A stretch of 64,000 nucleotides of DNA from a virus: the IMG/VR virus record IMGVR_UViG_3300042879_003566, positions 16,458-80,457 of that record, one strand, 5' to 3'. The stretch's first letter is position 1. Every line of letters starts with the position of its first letter. Positions 44,015 through 53,250 of the stretch are shown in pieces. Both the position numbers and the translations under genes were made by a program. The notes under the pieces were generated by a model. The model was not told the DNA's origin and did no database searches. It worked only from the letters and a program-made list of their open reading frames with translations.

Positions 44015-45178
44015 GTGTTCATTGATAACGATTTTCCAAAGATTTTAGGTGCGGAGCTCTACCGTCCCCATCCTGCTTACATCGCTGAAATGGCGGTTGA
44101 GCCCGTGGTAGTCCACGACTTCACCCGTCAGCCTGGTCAAACCGTTCAGCTGGATCGCTACAAGTTCTGGGGTACCCCTGGTACTAAGGACAGCCGTGAG
44201 CGCATCGCTGACCAGACCATCGGTACTGCCAACAGCCGCAACATCACCAAGGAGAAGGTGCTTGTTGTGCTGAAGGAATACACCGGTCCTGCGGACCCGG
44301 GCGATCCGACCCAGCCCAGCACCTTCAAAATTGCTCGTGAAACCCTGGTTACCGCCCAGCGCCTGCTGCTGGACACCGGCAACCTGAACATGTTCCACCA
44401 GAGCATCGGTTCGCTGACCCTGCTCGACGACTATCGCCGTTGGCGCGACCGCGTCTTTATTGACGAACTCTCTAAAGCTGAAGCCAATGGTGCCGCTTCC
44501 TCCACCCAGGGCGGTTACTATTTCGCTGGTGGTAAGACCAAAGACTCTTCTGGTCGCGTGTCTTACAGCACCGCCGAGTACGGCAATGAAGTGCAGCAGT
44601 TCCAGGTGCGTACCGACCTGTTGACCGTGGTCAAGGACCTGCGTAAGCGCAACGTCCCCACTTTCGCTGATGGTCTGTATCGCTGCATCTGCGATCCTAC
44701 CTTCATGATGCACCTGCGTCGTGATCCTGACTTCCGTGAGATCGCCCGCTACAGCGGCAACCCTGGCCAAGGCATGTACATGGGCAACCCCATGATGCCT
44801 AACAACGCCAGCTTCTACATGGGTCCCCAAGCTGGTCAGGCTTACTTCCTGGCTGGTGAACCCGTGATGCCCACCGGCGTTCAGTTTGAAGGCGTTAAGT
44901 TCTACGAGTCGACCAACTTCCCGATCAAGAACGTGACCGCCTCTTTCGATGGTGGTTCCGCCTACGCTTCCAAGGAAGTTGCCCAAGGCTACTTCTTCGG
45001 TCCTCAGTCCATCGGTGTTGGCATCGGCGGCCCGAACGCTCAGGTGCTCATCAACAACAACGACGACTTCAGCCGCTTCATCATCCTGATCTGGCAACTG
45101 TACGCTGGCTTCGAAATCCTGAACAAGGACTTCGTGACTACCGCCTACAGCTTCGTTCAAGATGATGGCGACATCTGA
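44015..45178 (+). CDS. major capsid protein
   Basis: 387 aa after the scaffold; GGAGG RBS with GTG start; PGQTV...Y E-loop-like motif, GV.F.EST, DDF.R; strongly biased C-ending codons. Confidence 0.88.
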   Translation: MFIDNDFPKILGAELYRPHPAYIAEMAVEPVVVHDFTRQPGQTVQLDRYKFWGTPGTKDSRERIADQTIGTANSRNITKEKVLVVLKEYTGPADPGDPTQPSTFKIARETLVTAQRLLLDTGNLNMFHQSIGSLTLLDDYRRWRDRVFIDELSKAEANGAASSTQGGYYFAGGKTKDSSGRVSYSTAEYGNEVQQFQVRTDLLTVVKDLRKRNVPTFADGLYRCICDPTFMMHLRRDPDFREIARYSGNPGQGMYMGNPMMPNNASFYMGPQAGQAYFLAGEPVMPTGVQFEGVKFYESTNFPIKNVTASFDGGSAYASKEVAQGYFFGPQSIGVGIGGPNAQVLINNNDDFSRFIILIWQLYAGFEILNKDFVTTAYSFVQDDGDI

Positions 45179-45214
45179 TAGTTAAATACATACCTTATAC
45201 CTAGGAAAAGATAA

Positions 45215-46015
45215 ATGACCTATTTGTCTGCTAAGAAAATCTACCCCGGTAACTGGGCAGAGCCCCTGAACGGTTGGTACAAGAACATTGATGCCGACTA
45301 CGCAGGTGTTAATGATGGTTCCAAGGGTGGCCCCACTTCGGTGCTGGCCATCCCTGGCTACCGCTACTTCCAGCAGCGTGGCTATGTGCCCGTGAACGCT
45401 ACCTCTGGTGGCGGCGCAATCGGCACCGGCAACGTGATCGTTCCTTCGCCTTACCGCCAGGACGACACCCGCCCCGACATCACCGGCATGGTGATCTCTG
45501 GTAGTGCCACCCTGCCTGCTTATGTGTATCGCGCTACCGTATCCGTGGCTTCTGGCTGGGGCGACGGTCGTGTGGCTTCCGGTGTGTATGCCGCTACCGG
45601 TAACGTGATCAGCTTCTGCCGCGATTCCAGCGGTCCTGTGGCTTCCACAGGCGTTGGTGAATCTGTGGCTCAGGCCAACCTGGCTTCTACCACCTCCGGC
45701 TCCCAGCCCGGCGAAGTCTTCTTCGCTGGTGGCTCGGCTGCTTATAGCACCAACGCTTTCCTCACCGCTACCGGTGCTGCTGGCGTTTCCGGTTCCGTGG
45801 TGAACTATCAGGTGACTGCCGCTACCACCTTCAAGGTGTTCGCCCGTGGCACCACCACTGGCCTGACCACTTCCGGTGGTTTCTACATCTCCAGTGGTGA
45901 TGCATCTGCCAGTCGCACTGGTTACCTCGTGGTTGAAGTGTGCTACGTCCAGCCGGACGAAGCTCCTGGCTACGAAGATATCGACGGCTATCTGACCGGT
46001 CGCACAGTTAGCTGA
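45215..46015 (+). CDS. capsid decoration / minor structural protein
   Basis: Follows MCP, has the same codon bias, beta-rich. Confidence 0.6.
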   Translation: MTYLSAKKIYPGNWAEPLNGWYKNIDADYAGVNDGSKGGPTSVLAIPGYRYFQQRGYVPVNATSGGGAIGTGNVIVPSPYRQDDTRPDITGMVISGSATLPAYVYRATVSVASGWGDGRVASGVYAATGNVISFCRDSSGPVASTGVGESVAQANLASTTSGSQPGEVFFAGGSAAYSTNAFLTATGAAGVSGSVVNYQVTAATTFKVFARGTTTGLTTSGGFYISSGDASASRTGYLVVEVCYVQPDEAPGYEDIDGYLTGRTVS

Positions 46016-46053
46016 TTAGGGTAAACTAGGACCAGAATATTCTTCTGGTCCTT

Positions 46054-46464
46054 ATGCTCTACCAGCACAGAAAGACTGGCGCTCGCGTCAAAATTGTAAG
46101 TGAATGGGATAACGGCGATTGGTTCATGGTCGAAGATCAGGACGGTCGCCTTTATACCGCTTACAAACAAGAACTTGAACCTGACGAAGCAGCAACAAAA
46201 ACTGTTAAAACTCTTCAGGTAAAAGATAAAGCGGCTAAAGAAGAACCTCGGTCTTTCCCGCCCGACAATCGCCTCAACATTAATGCGGCGACCGCTCAGA
46301 TGATCGCAGATCACATCAAGGGTATCGGCTTAAAGACAGCGCGTGAGATCAAAGATCTCCAGATGTCCTTGTCGGGTGAAAGATTCAACAATCTCGAACA
46401 GCTGAAGCAAATCAAACGGGTTGATTGGGATTCTGTTTTGGCGGCTGACCTAATCCGCGTCTAA
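46054..46464 (+). CDS. helix-hairpin-helix (ComEA-like) DNA-binding protein
   Basis: LNINAAT...I...IKGIGLKTAREI......F..LEQLK.I. Confidence 0.75.
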   Translation: MLYQHRKTGARVKIVSEWDNGDWFMVEDQDGRLYTAYKQELEPDEAATKTVKTLQVKDKAAKEEPRSFPPDNRLNINAATAQMIADHIKGIGLKTAREIKDLQMSLSGERFNNLEQLKQIKRVDWDSVLAADLIRV

Positions 46465-46479
46465 CACTCATCTCCTCCA

Positions 46480-46504
46480 AGCCCCTGGGAAACCAGGGGT
46501 TTTT
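46480..46504 (+). terminator. intrinsic terminator
   Basis: agcccctgg-gaaa-ccaggggtt followed by ttt. Confidence 0.85.
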
Positions 46505-46530
46505 CGTTTTACAATAAAAAGAAAAAGGAT

Positions 46531-47277
46531 ATGGCTGGCCCAGCAGTATATTTAGGTCGTCAAGGCTCTACCGGAGATTCAACCGGTGAACATTTTCATT
46601 TCACTTTAAAAAATAAAAAAGGGCAGACAATTCCTTTTTCAACAGCCAGAACAGACGTTGGTCAATATCTGCAATACCGTTTACCAGGATCCGAAGAATG
46701 GGTAAATCTTTATAAGAAAAATCCTGCGGGAGGTTTTACCTCTGCGCCATATATGCAAGCTCCAACCGGGGGAAGTGCATATGGTATGCGGGAGTCTCAT
46801 CCTATCCACGGTGATCGACGCATGCACTATGGAGAAGATTACCCTCTTCCCAAAGGAGCGCAGTTGCGTTTTCTTGGTCAAGGGTCTGTAAGCACGCACG
46901 CTGGTCGCGGTGGAGCAGGCAATGTTTCGGTTTTACGTTTGCCCAGCGGTTATGAATTAGAAACCTATCACCTCAGCGAACTTCCCCAAGCAGCAACAAC
47001 GCGCCCTTCTGATACCGTGGAAACTGCAGGTGCTCCCACAGATTCACGGACCGACGATATCTTGAAAGCGTTTATGTATGGCACACAACTTCAAAATAAA
47101 AAAGAAGAGGTGGCGGGTCCTTCTTTGCAAGATACGTTAAAAGGGCAAATTGTTGGTGGATTACTTTCCCAGGCCTTAAATCCCATGGGGTTTTTAGATT
47201 CCTATCGTGGAGGTAATCCCTTCCTCTCGGGTAAAACTGCAGCTACCTCTGATTACCTGGGCGGACTTTTTGGTTGA
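46531..47277 (+). CDS. M23 (LytM) peptidase, circularly permuted
   Basis: GSTGDSTGEHFHF at the N-terminus; YGMR..HPI.G..RMHYGED and GN...YHLS follow it. Confidence 0.75.
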   Translation: MAGPAVYLGRQGSTGDSTGEHFHFTLKNKKGQTIPFSTARTDVGQYLQYRLPGSEEWVNLYKKNPAGGFTSAPYMQAPTGGSAYGMRESHPIHGDRRMHYGEDYPLPKGAQLRFLGQGSVSTHAGRGGAGNVSVLRLPSGYELETYHLSELPQAATTRPSDTVETAGAPTDSRTDDILKAFMYGTQLQNKKEEVAGPSLQDTLKGQIVGGLLSQALNPMGFLDSYRGGNPFLSGKTAATSDYLGGLFG

Positions 47278-47316
47278 TTACTTGCTTTTATAATTAAAAG
47301 ATAAGGAGAAATAGAA

Positions 47317-47778
47317 GTGCGGCTCTCTGACTTCGACAAAAGTAGAGTCAGGTATCACCTGGGGTATTTCACGGTTTCTGTTCCTGCGGGTGATTACGCT
47401 CGTCTAGAAGAAGCAATGAATACCGTCCCGGATTCATACTTCTATGACAAAATCACAATCCAGATCGGTCGTTGCGATACCGCTGAAAAGAAAACAGAAG
47501 TTGCAACTTCTCCTTCGACGCGGTTAGAAAGCATTGCCGGTGACGTGGATCGTACGATTCGCTCCAGCAACGCCAAGGAAGCACTGAAGGTTTGGGACGA
47601 GATTTATCTCTACGAAACAAATCGTCTTGCTGGTATTCTTTACGTTCCCAACTACAAGGATCCTTTCCAGGCTCGTTATCGTTACGAACGTTCTGGTGCT
47701 GAATTTATTCAAGCACTTCCAGGCCCCGCTGATACTGCTGTGGGCTCCCGTATTTATCTACATGAGGTTTGGCGCTGA
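47317..47778 (+). CDS. putative head-tail connector protein
   Basis: 153 aa, DK.RVRYHLGY, located after the capsid genes. Confidence 0.55.
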   Translation: MRLSDFDKSRVRYHLGYFTVSVPAGDYARLEEAMNTVPDSYFYDKITIQIGRCDTAEKKTEVATSPSTRLESIAGDVDRTIRSSNAKEALKVWDEIYLYETNRLAGILYVPNYKDPFQARYRYERSGAEFIQALPGPADTAVGSRIYLHEVWR

Positions 47779-48605
47779 TGTTTTTACTAAATAAAATTCT
47801 TCCTCCGCCTCTAACAAATCCCTTTTTCCCAAGCCCTGGTGCGGCGTTGGATGCCGTTACTGCCCCAGTGCGGAATGTGCATGGTATACCTGGCAGTTAT
47901 GAATTTGTTGAGCAGGCGTTACGCAGTTTAATCGGTGGTAAAGCACCTCAAAGTAAACGAGCAATGGCAGAGGATGCCGCAAAGACTGGAATGTGGGGTA
48001 AATATGGTGCAGAAAAAGAACCCTTCAAGGTTCCTTCTATGGGAGAATCAGGGCTTAGCAATACGGCTTTAAGCAGTGCATCTGCGCCGAACGAACGCGC
48101 TTATCTGGAAGAAAAGCGTCGTGCTACCCAGTTAGCAGAACAAGATCAACTCTCTAAAAAATATAAGGTTGCTGATTTAACAAAGGCTTATAACACTGCC
48201 GCCACTCCCGAAGAAAAAGAAAAGATCGGCCTGCAGATTTGGGCCACAACAAATCCTCGTTTGGCAGAAAGACTGAAGCCGGGTCAACTTGGCTATACAG
48301 AAGCACAAACTGCAATCCAGGCTCAAAGTCCACTAGGCGCTTTTACACAAGCGACAGGCGATATGCAGTATGCCGAGAAAATGAATTTTGGCTTGGCTTC
48401 TCCCACCGGAGCACCAGCATTTAATTTAAAGACTCCGCTCAGCGGTGTTCCTGTGCCGCCGGTTGATCAAGTTGGCATCTCAGAAGCATTTACGAAGGGT
48501 GCTGTTCCTGTTACCGATGCGTTTAAAGCCGGAGCATTTAAGCCTGATCTAAGCCAGACACAGCTGGCGCTATTAAAACAAGCTTTTGAGCGTGGGTTAA
48601 AATAA
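47778..48605 (+). CDS. hypothetical virion protein
   Basis: TGATG coupling; Ala/Pro-rich. Confidence 0.6.
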   Translation: MFLLNKILPPPLTNPFFPSPGAALDAVTAPVRNVHGIPGSYEFVEQALRSLIGGKAPQSKRAMAEDAAKTGMWGKYGAEKEPFKVPSMGESGLSNTALSSASAPNERAYLEEKRRATQLAEQDQLSKKYKVADLTKAYNTAATPEEKEKIGLQIWATTNPRLAERLKPGQLGYTEAQTAIQAQSPLGAFTQATGDMQYAEKMNFGLASPTGAPAFNLKTPLSGVPVPPVDQVGISEAFTKGAVPVTDAFKAGAFKPDLSQTQLALLKQAFERGLK

Positions 48606-48691
48606 GTAACTGGCTTCGTTTTTACGTGTAAGCCCAGCCGACTGGACACAGATCTTTGATCTACGGGGGCCAGTGTTGTTGCATTAATCCA

Positions 48692-48808
48692 ATGATTCTT
48701 TGTCCTAATTTTGTTAAACGACTTGCGGCTACTGTAAGCCTGGTTGCCTCTGTACAAACCGTGTTTACCCCTGGCCTCAAAGCGGAATCAAATTGGGTAG
48801 GAGAATAA
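48692..48808 (+). CDS. 38-aa signal-peptide-like ORF (not in ORF track)
   Basis: MILCPNFVKRLAATVSLVASVQTVFTPGLKAESNWVGE. Confidence 0.4.
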   Translation: MILCPNFVKRLAATVSLVASVQTVFTPGLKAESNWVGE

Positions 48809-48821
48809 GGAGAAAATCACG

Positions 48822-49523
48822 ATGTCTGGTGAACGCCAAATTCTTGAACAATGGGCAAAGCGTAATCCCGGTCTTTATGAGGGACTAAAGCAGGCCGTTG
48901 CTGGCGCCGAAGGAACAATCCTTGGCGGAAAACCGGGATATAACGTCATGTTTGGCGGCGGCAGATTTAAGGATTTTTCTCGTCACCCGGACAGAGTTGT
49001 TCGCTCAGGTGGATACGCAAGTGCCGCAGCTGGCGCGTATCAATTCATGCCGGGAACTTGGCAGGGAGCTCAACAAAGCCTTGGCCTTTCGGACTTCGGT
49101 CCGCAGTCCCAGGACTTGGCAATGCTTAAGCTGGCAAGAGATCGCCTCAAGCCTATTGGTGGCCTGGCTGCAATCACCAAGTCAAATGCATTAACACCTG
49201 AGATCCAAGCTGCTTTGGCGCCCGAATGGGCTTCATTCCCAACTCAAAGTGGCAGCAGCTATTACGGACAACCAGTCAAGAAAGCAGAAGAAATTCAACG
49301 CTTTTTTGAACAAGGTCGTCAGCGCGGTTCTCAAGTTACTGCTACTTCACCGGCGGCTCCTCAGCGTTCTGTAGAAGATATCTTGTCTTCCGTTTTGACA
49401 GGCGCTCAGAAACCTGGTCTTGAAGAAACAAATAAGAAGGCAACGTCTCTTGTAGACACAATCAAGGGATCTCTTATCCAATCCTTGGTTGCGCCTCTTA
49501 TTAATCCCCTGGGCATGCTCTAA
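48822..49523 (+). CDS. lambda R-type lysozyme / lytic transglycosylase with C-terminal extension
   Basis: AEGT...GYNVMFGG..F.DFSRHP...SAAAGAYQF...TW......L.DF.P.SQD...EWASFP...YGQ. Confidence 0.9.
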   Translation: MSGERQILEQWAKRNPGLYEGLKQAVAGAEGTILGGKPGYNVMFGGGRFKDFSRHPDRVVRSGGYASAAAGAYQFMPGTWQGAQQSLGLSDFGPQSQDLAMLKLARDRLKPIGGLAAITKSNALTPEIQAALAPEWASFPTQSGSSYYGQPVKKAEEIQRFFEQGRQRGSQVTATSPAAPQRSVEDILSSVLTGAQKPGLEETNKKATSLVDTIKGSLIQSLVAPLINPLGML

Positions 49524-49789
49524 TGGCGCGTTTTTCTGAATACTTAGACGCAAATTATCTTCCCGGGGAAGTTTATTCAGCGGGGCTTAGCGAATATCGC
49601 GACCGTCCCCAAGAGGTTGCTGATTATTTGGCACAGAAGAGATTTAAATTTAGCCCTGACGCAGAAGACGGCACTTACTTTCAAACCTTCTTGGCTCTGC
49701 AAAATAATCCAGAAGCCTTGTTTGAAAGCAAAATGCGTCTTCCAAAAAACTTTGAAACGTTTATGGCGTTATCGGGTCGCGGAACCTAA
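49523..49789 (+). CDS. hypothetical protein
   Basis: TAATG coupling. Confidence 0.6.
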   Translation: MARFSEYLDANYLPGEVYSAGLSEYRDRPQEVADYLAQKRFKFSPDAEDGTYFQTFLALQNNPEALFESKMRLPKNFETFMALSGRGT

Positions 49790-49821
49790 CGCTATAATTA
49801 ACAAAAAAGCGGTGTAAAAAC

Positions 49822-50601
49822 GTGTCGAGTACTGCAACTAATAAGCAGCCTCTGCTTGTAGACAGGCCTTTGTTTGACTCTGTGCGTGTCACAACGCAGA
49901 CAGTTGGCAGCGCGGCCTCCAACACATTGTTTGTGCAGGGTGGTCAAGCGCCTTCCGTGCTCGTCGACATGGATGCATCTCTAAGCGAAGATAATAACAA
50001 TGGCGGTGTTGTGGATTCTATTACGATTGTCCGCAATGATTTTCATCGTCCCGCTGATTACACTGTTAACGCTGCAACGTCTGGCACCGTCATCTCGTTG
50101 ATTAGCGGACAGATTGTCTACGTATCCTCCGCCACTGTTGTTGGCACAGCCCCCGCAAGTGGCGTCGGTTACTACACCTACACCGGTGCAGCCACACTGA
50201 CGGGCGTCAACACTGCACTGCTTTACTCTGGCGGCACCGCAACAGGCTTCACCTATAACGGTGTTAACTACGGCTACAAGCCCTCCGTAACTTTTGCGTT
50301 CTACCACACGCGTGGTACCACGACTCCGATTCCGGCTTCTGGTGATTACAGGCTACTGTTCGCAAAAACTGTCCCTGCCGATAGCGGCGTGGTCGACTGT
50401 TCGGACGTAATGCCCCAGCTGGCCACCCCCGTTGTTCAAGCAGGCAACACCAACGGTCTTGGCGCCACAGCTCCTCTGCGTAATAAGGGTTTTTACCTGG
50501 AGCGTGGCGACCGCATTTACGTTGGCGTGTTCCCCGACGGCCCCAATGTTTCCGGGTATATTCCTGGTGCTCACGTGATTGCAGAAGGCGGCTTCTTCTG
50601 A
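49822..50601 (+). CDS. virion structural protein
   Basis: Beta-rich, Thr/Gly/Val-rich; TATAAT at 49793. Confidence 0.65.
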   Translation: MSSTATNKQPLLVDRPLFDSVRVTTQTVGSAASNTLFVQGGQAPSVLVDMDASLSEDNNNGGVVDSITIVRNDFHRPADYTVNAATSGTVISLISGQIVYVSSATVVGTAPASGVGYYTYTGAATLTGVNTALLYSGGTATGFTYNGVNYGYKPSVTFAFYHTRGTTTPIPASGDYRLLFAKTVPADSGVVDCSDVMPQLATPVVQAGNTNGLGATAPLRNKGFYLERGDRIYVGVFPDGPNVSGYIPGAHVIAEGGFF

Positions 50602-50603
50602 TC

Positions 50604-52172
50604 ATGGCGAAAAAGAGTGGTAATTCCTTTGGCGAGTTCGCCAGGACCACGATTTTCGAACCTAAAAACGTACAACCAATCAGGACAGAATTTTCTAAAG
50701 GATCTGTTCCTGATTCGATCTATTCGTCTAACCGGGAGTCTGCTTGGTCGCGCTGGCGGCGCGGCTTTGAAATTTACTGCAATACAAGCGTCAACAAGAA
50801 CTACAGCTATCCATTTGATTATTTCATTCCCCTCCCTCCAGGGACCACTGTTGCCCCTGGCGCTAATCCCCCCAAGATCCCAGGAATCTTTCAGGGCTTT
50901 CCGACAAACAACAAGGATATGTGCATGCACTGGGCCGGAGTGCGTGTTGCGGGAAGTTTGCGGTTTGATAATGTCCGCGACAAAGATGGTGATCCGTCTC
51001 CAATCTTGTCTGTCACCGAAGATGAAGACTATTGGTACGTGACCATAAGCGGAGATTGGAGCCCTGCCACTCCATTGCCTGCTCCTTTGTTTATTCCACC
51101 CGTTGGACCAATCCCCAAGCAGTATCCAATCAACGGTGAGATTCTTGAGGATCGCATTGTTTCAGTCGGCGGGACGCCCATTACAAAAGACACGATTGAT
51201 CCAACAACACAAAAGCGATACGGCTATGTACAAGCCGTTTTGGTATCAACGAACGAGGCCACAGGCGTCTTAAAACTACAGAAGCAAGGCTCCGTGGAAG
51301 CTACACCTGACGGTGTATTCCGTACTCCGGCTACCCGCCCACCTTCCGTGGGCCGTTACTTGATGACAGGTACGCGTTATTGCTGTTCCTGCCAGGACTT
51401 CACGCGTCGTGATTACGCATACATGATGGAGTTGGGAAGCAACAATAAAAAGGTATTCCCACGAACCAACGTTTCTGTTATCAAGCCTGGTCGATATGAA
51501 GTCATGACGCTCCGTGGTGTGGTCGATAACAGTGCAATGACCAGTGCAACGGTCAACCGAAATATGCGCGTGGTTTCACCATCACCTGAATATAACGTTC
51601 CTCCGACAGTCACTCCAAATACATCAACTGATCCACGAGCACTCAGGGATAATCCTGGCGTGTTTCGAGATTTTGGTAAAACATTCCTTCGCAACACACC
51701 GCTTCCTTCACTGGAAGGTGCAAGGGCAGAAGGCATGCCGCTATACGAAGACTACACCACATCGTTAAATCCAGATGGTTCACACACCATCACATCTTTG
51801 ACAGACTTTTGGACGCCGCTTCTTGATGAACTCCGTTATTGCAAACATATTTATGCAATGAAGTTTATGGAGAACGTCTTCCCCCCTGAGCCTTCTGACT
51901 TGCCGGTCGAGATGGGAAGCATCGTGGAATGGGAGCAAAAACTAGTGGAGGACACCATAAAAGAAAATGAAACATCAGCGTATCGATTGACCGAGCGCGG
52001 CTTATCAATCATGGATGTTCCTCCGTATAACTGCCAGGCACCAATGATGATGCCGATGATGCAGAAGTTATTTAATGTGCCGTCTACATTTGTATTGATG
52101 TCTGGTTTTAGGATGTATGACAAGAACGGTGAGCAATACAATCCGTCAACAGGAGGTCGCCCGGGGGTCTAA
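50604..52172 (+). CDS. protein with a split SWIM-like Zn site
   Basis: YCCSCQDF ... about 150 aa ... YCKHIYA. Confidence 0.6.
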   Translation: MAKKSGNSFGEFARTTIFEPKNVQPIRTEFSKGSVPDSIYSSNRESAWSRWRRGFEIYCNTSVNKNYSYPFDYFIPLPPGTTVAPGANPPKIPGIFQGFPTNNKDMCMHWAGVRVAGSLRFDNVRDKDGDPSPILSVTEDEDYWYVTISGDWSPATPLPAPLFIPPVGPIPKQYPINGEILEDRIVSVGGTPITKDTIDPTTQKRYGYVQAVLVSTNEATGVLKLQKQGSVEATPDGVFRTPATRPPSVGRYLMTGTRYCCSCQDFTRRDYAYMMELGSNNKKVFPRTNVSVIKPGRYEVMTLRGVVDNSAMTSATVNRNMRVVSPSPEYNVPPTVTPNTSTDPRALRDNPGVFRDFGKTFLRNTPLPSLEGARAEGMPLYEDYTTSLNPDGSHTITSLTDFWTPLLDELRYCKHIYAMKFMENVFPPEPSDLPVEMGSIVEWEQKLVEDTIKENETSAYRLTERGLSIMDVPPYNCQAPMMMPMMQKLFNVPSTFVLMSGFRMYDKNGEQYNPSTGGRPGV

Positions 52173-52393
52173 TGTCTAACTTTGGAGATATCGTCGACGG
52201 AACTTTTATTCTTTCAGAAGAACAAGTTGATATTCGGAAATACGGCTTGAGTGAAATTCAAGCCAGTGGCATTCCTACTGTTTATCACGTAGGAGATGTG
52301 ATTAATTTGCCTTATGCTTCTGGAGAAATTTCCACAATGGAAGCAATTGGCCTGGCGTGGTATGCCTTTGCAAGTGGAATAACACCTTCTTAA
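52172..52393 (+). CDS. hypothetical protein
   Basis: TAATG coupling. Confidence 0.6.
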   Translation: MSNFGDIVDGTFILSEEQVDIRKYGLSEIQASGIPTVYHVGDVINLPYASGEISTMEAIGLAWYAFASGITPS

Positions 52394-52518
52394 GTGTTAC
52401 AAATTCTTAATAATGTATACTTATATTAAGTCTCACGAGACTTATTAAGGCTTTTCTTTTTCCCTAGCGCCCTGGATAAGTCGACTGTTATGGTCGGGCC
52501 ATCCAGTACACCTCAACC

Positions 52519-52941
52519 ATGTCACAGCACCCGCCTGTTGATCAGCGGATTGTGGATGAGTACTTTCAGCTGATCTCAAATCGAAAAACAAAAGACGTAG
52601 CCTGGCTTTACGGAATGGTTGCAACCTTTGGTCTAAAGCCAGAGGATTTAAGTGGATTCTCCTGGGGACCAGGGGGAACAATCTATACGACCAGTCGAAA
52701 GCGTTCTGTTTCCCCATTGCATCCACAGTGGGTTGTTTTATTTGGACTAAAAGAAAAAGAGCCTTGCGTTCAGCAAGACTCTTGGCAGTCCCTTTGTTCG
52801 TCTCTGTATCGTTCAATGGCATATCAAGACATTGCCTTGAACGTCACTGATTTGATGTTGGCACATCGCCTACGCAAGGGCCATTACCAGCGCTTTAAGC
52901 AGACACTGGCAGCTCCCCGCTCTTTCGCAGCTGTTTCCTAA
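52519..52941 (+). CDS. degenerate tyrosine-recombinase-like protein
   Basis: WLYGMVATFGLKPEDL (compare box I, YGLRPxE) and R.V.PLHPQWV..FGL; only 140 aa. Confidence 0.5.
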   Translation: MSQHPPVDQRIVDEYFQLISNRKTKDVAWLYGMVATFGLKPEDLSGFSWGPGGTIYTTSRKRSVSPLHPQWVVLFGLKEKEPCVQQDSWQSLCSSLYRSMAYQDIALNVTDLMLAHRLRKGHYQRFKQTLAAPRSFAAVS

Positions 52942-53113
52942 CCGCTTCCACGTTCCAGCGGTAACCGTCACGTGAACGGGTTTCTGGGAACGCGGCGAAA
53001 TGCGGACCCAACTTGAGGGTTCCGTTGTCGCGGTATTTGAAGAGGGTTTGACGGTCAATGCCGAGGAGTTCTTCGGCACGTTGAACGGGGACCCAGCCCC
53101 TGACTTTGGTCAT
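52895..53113 (-). CDS. MerR/excisionase-like HTH protein
   Basis: AEELLGIDRQTL.KYRD.G.LK.G.HF. Confidence 0.7.
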   Translation of the reverse strand: MTKVRGWVPVQRAEELLGIDRQTLFKYRDNGTLKLGPHFAAFPETRSRDGYRWNVEAVRKQLRKSGELPVSA

Positions 53114-53250
53114 GGCGCGAGAAGACGCGTGCTTTCATAAGGTATCCGCCTTGTTCGATCTGTCAAGACTCTTAAGATACCTTTTATCTTTTTGTTGTGG
53201 TTGGATACAAATGTGGGGAAATTAAAATTAGATAACGGCAACTAAAGAGC

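Noticed and set aside
44045-45160. 371-aa antisense ORF over the major capsid gene
   Set aside because: It is a shadow of the strong C-ending codon bias, which removes stops on the opposite strand. It has no RBS or protein motif.
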